Virus record (IMG/VR): IMGVR_UViG_3300024520_000055
Coordinates: 1-64,000 of that record
Source of the DNA: a virus
DNA length: 64,000 bases
Strand: one strand, 5' to 3'
Under the pieces are notes generated by a model that saw only the letters and a list, made by a program, of their open reading frames with translations, was not told where the DNA came from and made no database searches. Both the position numbers and the translations under genes were made by a program. Positions 1 through 9,218 of this stretch are shown here, one piece after another; positions within the stretch are counted from its first letter, which is position 1; each line of letters opens with the position of its first letter.

Positions 1-1948
1 CACTTACAGTAGTGTTCGGAAGAGTGGAAGCCAGATTCTCTCCGTTGTCTTCCTCTTCCTCCAGGATCTCATCCTCAGTGTCGGTCTCGTCCTCAGTGTC
101 GGTCTCGTCCTCGTCTTCTGCCTCGGGCTCTTCTTCCGCGTCCTGCCCGTGGTCGTAGAAGTCGCACGTCTCGCTGCACCCGGGGCGGTCACGCAGGGGG
201 CAAGCCTCCTCTTCAGCGGAGACCCCCACCACGCTTTCGTAGGCCTCCATGCAACTGTCGTAACGGTGGCAACAGATGCTCGAAACGGAGCATTCTACGC
301 AGTCGTCCCACGTGCCGGAATGCGCGCGACAGCGATCCATGGCAGCGGTCCGGTTGTAGCAGGTGTGGTGCGGACAATCGAGACACGCCTCTTCGGAGTC
401 AGCGTCGTCCCGCCACTCGGCACAATTCGAGAATCGATCGTCCCAGTAGGTGCAGTCCGACTCGCTACAGTCAGGACACTCCCCGCTCCCACGTTCCTCG
501 TAGCAGTCATCCCAGTGCTCGGGGCCGCGCTCGTACGCCGCCTCGCGGCCCGGGTAATTGGAGTCCCAGGAGCGCAAGGAAGCGTAGGGGACGCCCGTGT
601 CGTTGTAGGCTTGAAGGAACTGAACCATCAAGGTGATGAGCGACGCGTACTCCCCATCGTAGAGGAGCGCGAACGCCGAGTCTTTCTCATTCCTGTCCCC
701 GCTCAGGTTGCCCAGGCACGGGGCACCGGCCTTGGAAACGTGGGGATGCGCGACTTCCCCGCCGTCACGCGAGGAGTGGACGAGCTTGTTGTTTCCAATT
801 GGGAAGATCAGGATGTTGGGCCGGACAAGATCCAGCTCGATCCTGAACTTTCCCACCATCACGCGGAAGTTGTGTTCCTGGTCGTGGATCTCCATGTCTT
901 TTGTCCAGGCCTTGATGGTGTGATCCTCGATGAACTCGAGTTTCGTGAGGGGACCCATGCCGAGCATCTTTTGCATGATGCGCGCCTGCCGATCCATTGC
1001 CGTGCGCACGGAGACGGATTTGGAAGACGGGGCTTGGTTGAGCTTTTGCTCGGCCGTCCGGATGGCGCGCAGGTTCACTGCAACGTCCTGCTGGAGTGCT
1101 GTCCTGCGCCGCTCCAGTTGGTGCAGCTGGTCCTTCTTCTTGTCTTCGTCTTTCTTCACGCGTCCCAGCAGGAACTTTCGCGCGACCAGCATCTGAGGAT
1201 GGTCTGGGTTTTGCCGCAGGCTCTTCATCACCTCCTGCCGAATGTACAACGAGAGGTGGCCGTAGAACTGCTTGAGCATCTGGTCCAGGGTGTACCTCCA
1301 GTCCCTGAACATCTGCTCGCGCTGGGAAACCGTGTGGAGGAGTCCTTGCCATAGGCCGCTCCCACGCGGAGCGCCCCCTCCGGAGTATGCTCCGAACACA
1401 GCGTCGCCTTCCCAGTGTGCCTGAGAAATCCATTCGGGAGGGAACAGCAGCATCACGTGGTTGCGAGCGACCTCGAAAAGCCGCGAATTGAGATCCAGCT
1501 CCTGCATTTCCCAGAAGGAATTCTTCGGTGCGTAGTAGGGGTCTAGCCAAGGGCGCCGCGTGTGCGTTCGCTTCCACACGAGGCTCTTCCATGCGGGGGG
1601 AGAAGTGCGCTCCATGCCATGCGACGCTTGGAGGTGGAACGCGTAGGATCCGTTCTGAATGCGGACATTGAGGGCCGGAATGCGCAGCCCCTCACGCAGG
1701 CGCAGGAAGGGGACAAGATTGCGCTCGTAGTTGAGGTCATCTTTCTGGGCAACACAGAAGTGAACGAAGAGGGCGTCATCCACGTGAGGGGCAGACAGGA
1801 AGAAATCCCGAATTCCCCCAATTCCCCCGAATGTGTAGTCTGAGTGTTCGAAGTAAACGATCTTCCCGTCACTCCAGCCCTGGCGGACCAGGTTGGAGTG
1901 CAGGAGCGCCAGACGGCTGTCGCCGTACGGTGAAGCTACTCTTTCCAT
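1..1948 (-). CDS. E2 (ubiquitin-conjugating)-like protein with coiled coil, Cys-rich region and acidic tail; runs off the window edge
   Basis: Missing from the ORF track because it has no stop in the window. Translated by hand from ATG 1948 (RBS GAGGAG): MERVASPYGDSRL...HPHVSKAGAPCLGN (710-748), which matches the E2 HPxxxxxGxxCL active-site pattern. CxxC repeats and a D/E-rich tail follow. Confidence 0.7.
   Translation of the reverse strand, partial: MERVASPYGDSRLALLHSNLVRQGWSDGKIVYFEHSDYTFGGIGGIRDFFLSAPHVDDALFVHFCVAQKDDLNYERNLVPFLRLREGLRIPALNVRIQNGSYAFHLQASHGMERTSPPAWKSLVWKRTHTRRPWLDPYYAPKNSFWEMQELDLNSRLFEVARNHVMLLFPPEWISQAHWEGDAVFGAYSGGGAPRGSGLWQGLLHTVSQREQMFRDWRYTLDQMLKQFYGHLSLYIRQEVMKSLRQNPDHPQMLVARKFLLGRVKKDEDKKKDQLHQLERRRTALQQDVAVNLRAIRTAEQKLNQAPSSKSVSVRTAMDRQARIMQKMLGMGPLTKLEFIEDHTIKAWTKDMEIHDQEHNFRVMVGKFRIELDLVRPNILIFPIGNNKLVHSSRDGGEVAHPHVSKAGAPCLGNLSGDRNEKDSAFALLYDGEYASLITLMVQFLQAYNDTGVPYASLRSWDSNYPGREAAYERGPEHWDDCYEERGSGECPDCSESDCTYWDDRFSNCAEWRDDADSEEACLDCPHHTCYNRTAAMDRCRAHSGTWDDCVECSVSSICCHRYDSCMEAYESVVGVSAEEEACPLRDRPGCSETCDFYDHGQDAEEEPEAEDEDETDTEDETDTEDEILEEEEDNGENLASTLPNTTVS
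72..112. repeat. 18-bp tandem repeat (about 2.3 copies) encoding EDETDT
   Basis: TCCTCAGTGTCGGTCTCG at 72-89 and 90-107, inside the acidic tail. Confidence 0.85.
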
Positions 1949-1983
1949 ATCCTCCTCTTCAAGAGACCCGCATGGGCCACAGC

Positions 1984-2056
1984 AAAAGAAAGGCAGGATG
2001 AACGCCGCCCTGCGCGCAGCAGTTGCCGCGATGGGCCCAGGGGGCAGCGTTCATCC
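1984..2056 (-). terminator. Long hairpin plus U-rich tail between the Ubl and E2-like genes (terminator or attenuator)
   Basis: 15-bp stem 1996-2010/2042-2056 (one G.U pair on the minus strand), followed on minus by UGCCUUUCUUUUG. Confidence 0.5.
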
Positions 2057-2102
2057 ACACCTTAACGTCTCGAATTTCCGGGAGCTTCTTCAGTTGACGG
2101 TA

Positions 2103-2324
2103 CTAGAGATTACCGCCGTCGATCTTGGGGCTCAGGAACACGGTGTCTCCGTTCTGGAGACCTGTCTGGACGGTCGCACCGATGCCGTTCACGGTCATCT
2201 GGTGACCCGCGGGGTTGAGCTCGGCCTCCCGAATGGCGCACTCCACGGTGCTGCCGAACGGGACTTCGACCTCTACGCGGGGGGTACCCGCACGAACCAC
2301 GTCGATCTTGATCTTGTCCGCCAT
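2103..2324 (-). CDS. Ubiquitin-like (beta-grasp, ThiS/MoaD-type) protein, 73 aa
   Basis: MADKIKIDVVRAG...STVECAI...VNG...LQNGDTVFLSPKIDGG-NL has the Ubl pattern, with a GG followed by a 2-aa extension. RBS AAGGAG upstream. Confidence 0.85.
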   Translation of the reverse strand: MADKIKIDVVRAGTPRVEVEVPFGSTVECAIREAELNPAGHQMTVNGIGATVQTGLQNGDTVFLSPKIDGGNL

Positions 2325-2403
2325 CTTTCTTGGGACTCCTTCCGTTCTTTGGACAAACCAAACCCTTGTTTCAACGATTTCTTTTACCAGGGAAAGGGGG
2401 GAA

Positions 2404-2652
2404 TTAACGTTCGAAGATCCAGGTGGGGACACTGACGTCGGCACTGCGCTCGAGGCCCATCTTTTCGAAGGGCTTGGTGGGTCCGCGGAACCAGTCCTTC
2501 ATCGTCTCGACGAAAGTGTTGATCGCCGGACTATCTACGTCGGGGACGAGAAGAGTCGCTTTGGCATAGGGCTCATCCTCGCCTTCCAACGCCCGAAGGA
2601 AGGGGAGAAGTTCTGGGTCTTCGACGTTGAATTCAACTCTGTTCGGTGCCAT
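2404..2652 (-). CDS. Hypothetical protein
   Basis: ORF MAPNRVEF... with GGAGG RBS, in the minus-strand gene run. Confidence 0.6.
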   Translation of the reverse strand: MAPNRVEFNVEDPELLPFLRALEGEDEPYAKATLLVPDVDSPAINTFVETMKDWFRGPTKPFEKMGLERSADVSVPTWIFER

Positions 2653-2977
2653 CGGGCTCCTCCTCTTTCTTTTCCTCGGGGGCAGGTTCCTTGACGCCGA
2701 CCATGCCCATCGAGTGCGTCGCACGAGACGCGGGAGCGTCAGGCATGAGGTCTTCCGTGACGCGGAACTCCCACTCCGGGTCGACATCGGGGACGGCCAG
2801 CTCGATGCGCTGTCCGGAGTTGCACTCGATCAGTACCAGCACTTGCACATCGCTCAGGGACAGAGAAAGATCCTTGATGGTTTCTCCCACCAAGGCCCTT
2901 TTCAGTTGGGCAGTGTACTGGGAACCTACTTCGCTGTTGACGAAGCGTCCCAATGCTTCCAGGTCAGCTTTCGACAC
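2633..2977 (-). CDS. Hypothetical protein
   Basis: 114-aa ORF overlapping its neighbours, RBS AAGGAG. Confidence 0.6.
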   Translation of the reverse strand: MSKADLEALGRFVNSEVGSQYTAQLKRALVGETIKDLSLSLSDVQVLVLIECNSGQRIELAVPDVDPEWEFRVTEDLMPDAPASRATHSMGMVGVKEPAPEEKKEEEPDGTEQS

Positions 2978-3188
2978 GTGGCTCTCCTTTCAATCCGCGC
3001 TGGATACGTCGGAAGAGCGACACAGGAGCAAAGTCACGGTCCTGCCAGGCGCGAACAGCAGCAGCGAGAAGGATGCGAGCCATGTCCGCACCCTTTCGCT
3101 GCTCCTCTTCCGCGATGGCGAAGATCTGCTCGTACTCGGCTTCAGTGAGACGGATGGTGATTCGCTCGGTGAGGCGTTGTTCTGCCAT
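2964..3188 (-). CDS. Ribbon-helix-helix DNA-binding protein
   Basis: RITIRLTEAEYEQIFAIAEEEQRKGADMARILL fits the RHH/CopG/MobC pattern. Confidence 0.6.
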   Translation of the reverse strand: MAEQRLTERITIRLTEAEYEQIFAIAEEEQRKGADMARILLAAAVRAWQDRDFAPVSLFRRIQRGLKGEPRVES

Positions 3189-3227
3189 GGAGGCAGAGTG
3201 TCATGGGCAGCCATTGGCTGTCAAGAA

Positions 3228-3524
3228 CTAGGCGATCTCGGCGATCTCCCAGTCCTCAGCCAGCATGTCGGTCTGCGAGGCCAGCCACGGGACGACTTGC
3301 CCTGTGACTGTGCGCATATAGATGAAGGGAAGATCGACAGCGTCGTCAGTGCGGAACGTCTTGTAGCCCTCCCAGTCCTGCCAGATGCCTGGAGGCTCGT
3401 TGGTCCGTGGCGACGGGGCCGCGATGCCCAGCCACATCCCCTTGCCGTTCCAGCCGGAGCGACAGACCTTCTCCCCCGCGCGCATTTGCTCCAGGGCCCA
3501 TCCGAAATCAGTGAAATCTCCCAC
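3228..3524 (-). CDS. DUF2829 / Tad2-like anti-defence (signalling-molecule sponge) protein
   Basis: FGWALEQMRAGEKVCRSGWNGKGMWL...PFIYMRTVTGQVVPWLASQTDMLAEDW is the DUF2829 signature. GTG start inferred. Confidence 0.8.
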   Translation of the reverse strand: MGDFTDFGWALEQMRAGEKVCRSGWNGKGMWLGIAAPSPRTNEPPGIWQDWEGYKTFRTDDAVDLPFIYMRTVTGQVVPWLASQTDMLAEDWEIAEIA

Positions 3525-3526
3525 GG

Positions 3527-4264
3527 TCAGCTCCCTTCCTCTTCTGGTTGTGGCATCCACCCCTCCCCCAACTCAGCTTCCTCCTGAGTGAGGTTGGAGT
3601 CTTCAGGAATCTTGCCGCCGATGCGCGCCAACGCAACCGGCCATGAGTAGTCCCACAGGTGCAGGCCCTTGGACATGGCAATGAGCTCTCCATCCTCGAC
3701 GCCTATGTCACTGGCCATGACTTCCTTGAGCAGCTGGAGGCCCCCCAGATTTTCGGGCAGGCCTCCCCAGAGATCCCAGCTACGGAAGTACACGACGAAG
3801 TGCAGCTTGCCGTGCATCACGCGGCAGTCGATGAGACGAAGACATGGGGGATGCTTCTGATCGATGCTCTCAGCTCCCCCGATGTTCATCGTGGCCTGGT
3901 TCGTATCACCTCCACTTTCCCTGAGCATCTCAACGACCTTCGCGATCTGCGGCTTGATATATTGCCCATAGGTGTAAATCTCGTTCTCGTGTGCCTTGTC
4001 GTCCATGATGTACTTGCCGCAGTAATTGACGATCGTGTCCTCGTCGGTCACAGGAGGAACTCCCACAGGCATCACGGGCGCCAGAGGACGGGTACCAGGG
4101 TTAGTGACCTGAAGCATGACCACGTCGAACTCGAGGCGCTTATGCCCCTCGTAGCTTCCCTTGCGGACGATCCAGGAACGGCCTTCTTGGAATACTCGGC
4201 GCACGAGTTCGTAGTGGATCGCATCGAGGTTGTGGGCCTTGATGACAACGGGGTTGAGGTGCAT
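3527..4264 (-). CDS. thyA: Thymidylate synthase (ThyA family, archaeal-like short type)
   Basis: PPCL catalytic motif, YFRSWDLWGGLPEN, GLHLW. Confidence 0.85.
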   Translation of the reverse strand: MHLNPVVIKAHNLDAIHYELVRRVFQEGRSWIVRKGSYEGHKRLEFDVVMLQVTNPGTRPLAPVMPVGVPPVTDEDTIVNYCGKYIMDDKAHENEIYTYGQYIKPQIAKVVEMLRESGGDTNQATMNIGGAESIDQKHPPCLRLIDCRVMHGKLHFVVYFRSWDLWGGLPENLGGLQLLKEVMASDIGVEDGELIAMSKGLHLWDYSWPVALARIGGKIPEDSNLTQEEAELGEGWMPQPEEEGS

Positions 4265-4812
4265 CAGGTCCTCTCGCTCATCATCATGGCCGCGGTGTCG
4301 GAGTACCCGGCGTTGCTGGAGAGCCACTGGTTGGTCCAGTGCCACTCATCCATGATGTAGTTCGCCGCCTGCTGCTCGTTGAGATCGAACTCCGTGTCCG
4401 AAGAGAGTTCGATCATCTCGATCAGGCGATCGTAGTCCTTGGTGTGATCCACGGGGACAGGCAGGTGAAGCGCGATGGCGGCGGGGACCTTGCGCTTGAG
4501 CAGCGCTTCCTTCGTCTCCTCGAGCATCTTGAGGCAGGCATCATGGAAGCCCGCAACGGCCTCCTCGTAGACCTTGGCGTGCTTCTCACGGTTCGTCTTG
4601 AGCCTCGTGAGCAGCTTCTCCTTCGTGATCGTGATTTCCAGAAGTGCACCGTGCATGAAGAAGTCCTCCTTGATTGAGTTGTCTTCCAGGATTGTAGAAA
4701 TCGGCACATCGTACCCGAGAAGAGGAGCGGGCGTCCTGACGACGTTCCAGCCTATCCCCTCCACCTCGGTGTAATCGAACGCGGGCACTACTATTTCGGT
4801 CCGGGCGCTCAC
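4264..4812 (-). CDS. Hypothetical phage protein
   Basis: 182-aa ORF coupled to thyA; start uncertain. Confidence 0.6.
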   Translation of the reverse strand: MSARTEIVVPAFDYTEVEGIGWNVVRTPAPLLGYDVPISTILEDNSIKEDFFMHGALLEITITKEKLLTRLKTNREKHAKVYEEAVAGFHDACLKMLEETKEALLKRKVPAAIALHLPVPVDHTKDYDRLIEMIELSSDTEFDLNEQQAANYIMDEWHWTNQWLSSNAGYSDTAAMMMSERT

Positions 4813-5132
4813 CTGTTGAGGCGATTCATCGTGATATTCAGCCGTGCCTTGAAGCCTGAGGACGGCCGGAAGCGGACGACCCAGGTCTCCACCACCTTGG
4901 TCTCCCCGCGGCCATCCGGCATCTTGCGGCTCTCCTTCTTGGTGTGGAACGTCCCGAGGGTCGGGAACGAGACCTCGCGTCCCTCGGAGAAGTGGTGCAG
5001 CATCCAGGAGCTCAGCTCCTTGAGGAGCTTGGTCGGGGTGGTCCTCCCTTCCTTCGAGGCGAACTCGTTGTAGATCTTCACTACAACGTTGAAAGCCGAC
5101 GAGTGAGAGAGATCGATTCGTTCTGCCATCAT
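4809..5132 (-). CDS. HU/IHF-like DNA-binding protein
   Basis: GREVSFPTLGTF...VVRFRPSSGFKARLN. Confidence 0.7.
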   Translation of the reverse strand: MMAERIDLSHSSAFNVVVKIYNEFASKEGRTTPTKLLKELSSWMLHHFSEGREVSFPTLGTFHTKKESRKMPDGRGETKVVETWVVRFRPSSGFKARLNITMNRLNR

Positions 5133-5680
5133 GCCTCCGGTTTGAGCACAGGGCTCTCGGTTCCTTCGGGAACCTGCATGGGGTTGGAATCCGTCCATTC
5201 TCCCGCCGTGTGGGAGTTGGCCTTGACGGTCTCGAGGGTATCCAGAAGGCCCTTCCACCGGGCGGCGGTCATCGGAATTTCCGCCTCCCAGCGAACGAGT
5301 GCCATGAGCTTCTCCGCCAGCGCGTCAGCGTCCTCGTCCTTCTCCTCGACAAGCGTGAGGTACCTGTCGAGGTCCTCTCCCTTGGCTGCGGTTGTCCCGA
5401 CAGAGAACAGTTCGTACTCGTCGGTGAAGAGCATACCGAAAACACGGCCATTGCCGAAGGGAAGCATGGAGGGCTGGTGGTCAACGATGGCCTGGTAGAG
5501 GTTCTCGAAGTCGATGACCGACAACGCTGTCCAGAACTGTTCGTGGCGCTCGGTGACACGCCTGTTCTTCCCCTCACCTTCCTCGAACTTGTCCTCGCCG
5601 ACGTTGATGTAGAGCTTGTAGGGCGTGACGGACGCGTCGGCGTGATGCACACGCTCTGCTTTGAATGACACTGGTTTCAT
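5129..5680 (-). CDS. Hypothetical protein
   Basis: 183-aa ORF with GGAGG RBS. Confidence 0.6.
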   Translation of the reverse strand: MKPVSFKAERVHHADASVTPYKLYINVGEDKFEEGEGKNRRVTERHEQFWTALSVIDFENLYQAIVDHQPSMLPFGNGRVFGMLFTDEYELFSVGTTAAKGEDLDRYLTLVEEKDEDADALAEKLMALVRWEAEIPMTAARWKGLLDTLETVKANSHTAGEWTDSNPMQVPEGTESPVLKPEA

Positions 5681-5688
5681 GGTTCCTC

Positions 5689-7683
5689 CTAGAACCGGGT
5701 TGCGAAGAAAGCGGCCACGTCCTCGACGCTCCGCGCCGGGAACTTGAATGGCAAGGAGGCCTTCACCTCGATGCCGTAACGCTTGGTGTGAATCCTTCTA
5801 TCGAGGATCGAAACGACACCCCTGTCAGTGCGCGTTCGAATCAGGCGTCCGGTGCCCTGCTTCACATCCGCGACCATTCCGGGGATCATGATCTTGGCGA
5901 ACCAGTTCTCCCCTGCCTTGTCGACCTTCTCCTTGCGTGCTTCCAGCAGAGGGTCAGGGGCCGGGAACGGGAGCTTGGGCAGGATAACGTGTCGCAGGGC
6001 ATCACCCTCGATCGACACGCCGGTCCAGAAGCGCTTGAGCCCGAAAATCACTCGGTCGTGCTCCTCTTGGAACCAGCGCAGGGCGGACTCGGCATCCTGT
6101 CCTCCGGCACCTCTCTCCTGGATCCAGTAGGGGTGGTCTCCGATGAAGCCGGTGTGTCCGACATCCAGAATGGCCGCGATCTTCTCCATGTCTCTTCGGG
6201 AAGAGCACAGGACGAACGTTCCTCCCTTGGACGCATGGATGAGATCGTGAATACGCAGGGCAAGCTCGCCAGCCCAGGTGTCGTACTTCTCACCCTGGTA
6301 GAAGTACTCCGGCAGATCCGATGGGAGGTAGATGCGGGCTTGCTCGTCGAAATCGAAAGAGCTGGGACAGATATCCATGATGGTGTTGGGGTGCCAGGCC
6401 CCAATCTGGTCGCGGAAGTAGGAGAAACCTTCGCCCCTCTTCCCTACCTTGTCTCCCTGTGCGATCGTCCCCGAGGTGCAGACTGTGACGTCGTTGCTCT
6501 TGAAGAGTAGCTCGTGGACGAGGGCGCCGATCTCGATCTGCTCAACGCACAGCTTGCGCCTGTCGTCGGATCCCTCGACGTAAGCGACCTCCAGATCCTT
6601 GTCGAACTTCGTCAGGTGCATCAGGGCGTCCCGCTGGTTGGTGACGCGCCGCAACGCACCAACGGCCTCCAGGAACGCGTTGTGATCGACGCCCTCGTGA
6701 TTGTCGCGCTCCTCCCGGAGGGCAGCACAGATCTGTGCCAGGGAATTGACAAGAGGAGCAATGGGCACTCCCTCGAGATCCTTGATTGCCCACGCCAGTC
6801 CCCGTTTGACTCCCTCTTCCTTGTTGACCTCTTCGAGCTTGTCGAAGATGGCAATGAGCTCTCCTCCAAGGATGTCGCGGTCGCTCTTGGAGACGATGCT
6901 GGTGTCGATGTGCTGTGCCCGGGCCAGAGCTGAGTCCAGTCCCTTGAGCGTGAGTTCGTCCTTGAACGAGTTGCGGAAGTAGGATTCAGCTTCGTGCGCC
7001 TCGTCGAGGATGACCAGGGAATAGTTGCCGAGCAGTGTCTGGAACTTGAGGTCCATGGCCAGGAGGGCGTGATTGACAACCAGAACGGGTACCAGCTTCC
7101 GCCCCGCCTTCCGCGCGGCGAACACGCAGTCGGGGGCCATCGGGCAGCCCTTGCGCACACAGTTCTCGGCGTTGGCTCCGTACAGGATCTCAGGGGGGAG
7201 GGGTTGAGGGGCTTCGGACAGATCCCCAGTTTCAGTACTCGACAGCCACTTCTGGAAGTCGATGGACAGGGTCTTCTTGTGCGCTTTGACGGGGCAAACG
7301 TAGTTGGCATTGCCCTTGGTGATCATGAAGAACGGGCCCTTGTAGATCCCCTCGTCCTCGTTGACCGTCACCTGTTCGGGAATGCCGAGCTTCTCGCAGA
7401 GGAAGGGGAGGTCGCGCTCCAATTGGTTCTGGAGCATCTTGGAGGCAGAGGAGATGATCACACGGCCGTTGCCCTCGTGTGCGTACTTCAGAGCAGGGAG
7501 GGCGTAGGCGTAGGTCTTGCCGACACCAGGAGGTGCCTCGAAGATGCCGAGGCCTTTCTCCTTGATGACCAGTTCGATGTCGGCAGCTAGGCGTTCTTGT
7601 CCTTCTCGGTATTCTTTTCCGAGTCGGTCTGGGGAGGTTTCCCCGAAGAATCGGGAAGTAAGTGTTGCAGGTTTTCTGGACAT
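5689..7683 (-). CDS. DinG/YoaA family ATP-dependent helicase
   Basis: EAPPGVGKT, KGNANYVC plus Fe-S Cys residues, VVNHALL, DEAH, TSGT, KLPF, QGTGRLIR. Confidence 0.92.
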   Translation of the reverse strand: MSRKPATLTSRFFGETSPDRLGKEYREGQERLAADIELVIKEKGLGIFEAPPGVGKTYAYALPALKYAHEGNGRVIISSASKMLQNQLERDLPFLCEKLGIPEQVTVNEDEGIYKGPFFMITKGNANYVCPVKAHKKTLSIDFQKWLSSTETGDLSEAPQPLPPEILYGANAENCVRKGCPMAPDCVFAARKAGRKLVPVLVVNHALLAMDLKFQTLLGNYSLVILDEAHEAESYFRNSFKDELTLKGLDSALARAQHIDTSIVSKSDRDILGGELIAIFDKLEEVNKEEGVKRGLAWAIKDLEGVPIAPLVNSLAQICAALREERDNHEGVDHNAFLEAVGALRRVTNQRDALMHLTKFDKDLEVAYVEGSDDRRKLCVEQIEIGALVHELLFKSNDVTVCTSGTIAQGDKVGKRGEGFSYFRDQIGAWHPNTIMDICPSSFDFDEQARIYLPSDLPEYFYQGEKYDTWAGELALRIHDLIHASKGGTFVLCSSRRDMEKIAAILDVGHTGFIGDHPYWIQERGAGGQDAESALRWFQEEHDRVIFGLKRFWTGVSIEGDALRHVILPKLPFPAPDPLLEARKEKVDKAGENWFAKIMIPGMVADVKQGTGRLIRTRTDRGVVSILDRRIHTKRYGIEVKASLPFKFPARSVEDVAAFFATRF

Positions 7684-8000
7684 GCGAACTCCGTTTCACC
7701 TTTGAGGAACAGGATGTAGTCGTGGATCCAACGCAGAACGTGGATCTTCAAAGTCAACTCGGGCACGAGTTCCTCGCGCGCCAGAGCGACGTGGACGTCT
7801 GCGGCAAGGTCCGTCTCTTTTTCCCCCGCGGCGTAGCGTGTTGCCATGTCCGTCAGGAACGCCTTGAACATGGCAAAGTGGAACTTCGGTGTGATGGCTC
7901 CGATCTGAGAGAGCCGTTTGAACTGGTTGAATGCCGACCCGTGATACGAGCCGATACGTCCTCCCGGCTGCCGGAAACGCGGGTCGTCCTTATCATCCAT
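7587..8000 (-). CDS. Hypothetical protein
   Basis: ORF from MDDKDD fills the gap between UDG and DinG. Confidence 0.5.
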   Translation of the reverse strand: MDDKDDPRFRQPGGRIGSYHGSAFNQFKRLSQIGAITPKFHFAMFKAFLTDMATRYAAGEKETDLAADVHVALAREELVPELTLKIHVLRWIHDYILFLKGETEFACPENLQHLLPDSSGKPPQTDSEKNTEKDKNA

Positions 8001-8574
8001 CGATCTTCCCTCCAAGGCGTTTGTAGTGCCCCAGCGCGATTCTGAAATGGCCAATGAACGACAGCCCCAGGTCTTTGTCTCCCCTTCGCCGGTTGACATA
8101 GGCCGGGTGCATCGTGGCCAGACAATTCCACGGCCCTGCTTTGTAGGTCTGTCCGGCGATACGCAGGATGGGAATGGCCGCAGGCGATTTCTCCTGCATG
8201 GCCCCCGTGCTCACCTTTCCGACGGTGATGATTAACAAGGGGTCCAGGGCGTTCAGTTGCTTCAGCAACCAGGGCTTGCAGTTTCCCGTTTCCGCGGGAC
8301 TGGGATCTCTGTTCCCCGGGGGGCGGCACTTGACGATGTTGGTGATGTAGACGAGGTCAGTCAGCCCTGCGGTATCAAGGGCGCTGCGCAGGGTTTGCCC
8401 GGCCCTGCCGATGAACGGGCGCAGCTCCTTGGCCTCGTCTTTTCCGAGGCCCTCCCCCAGGACAACAATGCCCCCGGGCTTGATGCGGCCTTCACCGGGA
8501 ACGGGGTGCTCTTGTTGCGGAACGAGCTCAGGGCACTTGCGGCACTTGATGATTTGCTCGTCGAGCCGGTTCAC
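7993..8574 (-). CDS. Uracil-DNA glycosylase, family 4 (Fe-S)
   Basis: CRKC, GEGLG, PFIGRAG, NIVKCRPPGNRDP, HPAY. Confidence 0.9.
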   Translation of the reverse strand: MNRLDEQIIKCRKCPELVPQQEHPVPGEGRIKPGGIVVLGEGLGKDEAKELRPFIGRAGQTLRSALDTAGLTDLVYITNIVKCRPPGNRDPSPAETGNCKPWLLKQLNALDPLLIITVGKVSTGAMQEKSPAAIPILRIAGQTYKAGPWNCLATMHPAYVNRRRGDKDLGLSFIGHFRIALGHYKRLGGKIDG

Positions 8575-8725
8575 GAGGATGTTCCTCCGTCGAGAAGCGG
8601 TGCTTGCACCGCGGATTCATGCACTTGCGGTAACGAACGACGCTGCCTTCAGTGCTTTGTATTGTCCGCTGGACTCGGGTCCTTTTCTTGCGGCACTTGG
8701 GACACTTCATTTTCTTCCTTGGCAA
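8528..8725 (-). CDS. Small zinc-ribbon protein (NrdR N-terminal / Ogr-Delta-like)
   Basis: MKCPKC...RYRKCMNPRCKHRFSTEE. Confidence 0.65.
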   Translation of the reverse strand: MPRKKMKCPKCRKKRTRVQRTIQSTEGSVVRYRKCMNPRCKHRFSTEEHPREPARRANHQVPQVP

Positions 8726-9218
8726 GAAAACCTACGACCAAGGCGGCGGTCTTCAGAAAGAAGTCGAGATACATGCCCTCGCCTTTGTCATCCAGAGTAG
8801 CCACGCGAACCATGGTCACCTGGTGCCCAGTCAATGCGTCTTTGAACACGGCGAGGACCTGTTGGGCGTTTTCGAGTTGGGCAACTCCAACGTCGACTTG
8901 GAAAGTGCTTCCTGTTGGGTCGTGGAGGCACTCGGAAAGCAGAGCACGGCTGCGAGAACAAAGCAGCGTGACGTTGCCGTGTCCCACCACGGTGTGGGCC
9001 AGGACGTTCTTGCTGGTCGGAACCCAGAGAGGCGCGGACAGGGCGAAGCGCAGGAACGCCAGGGTGCCAAGAGGGTCCTCGCCGGGCTTCTCGGCAAGAT
9101 CCTTGGTGTCCTTCTCCAGCATCCAGCACTGGTGGGGGTCCGAAACGTGGCGTTTTACTGTCCATCCGTACTGGGCGAGATCGTCGACTTCCTCCTGGGC
9201 AAAAGCAATGTGGTCCAT
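8649..9218 (-). CDS. Hypothetical protein
   Basis: 189-aa ORF, TGATG coupled to the upstream gene. Confidence 0.6.
   Translation of the reverse strand: MDHIAFAQEEVDDLAQYGWTVKRHVSDPHQCWMLEKDTKDLAEKPGEDPLGTLAFLRFALSAPLWVPTSKNVLAHTVVGHGNVTLLCSRSRALLSECLHDPTGSTFQVDVGVAQLENAQQVLAVFKDALTGHQVTMVRVATLDDKGEGMYLDFFLKTAALVVGFLAKEENEVSQVPQEKDPSPADNTKH

Noticed and set aside
149-1354. 401-aa plus-strand ORF
   Set aside because: Antisense shadow of the minus-strand E2-like gene.
3527-4264. Base-modifying dCMP hydroxymethylase
   Set aside because: It retains the Asn after RSWD that is typical of dUMP-specific enzymes, and no modification cluster is visible.
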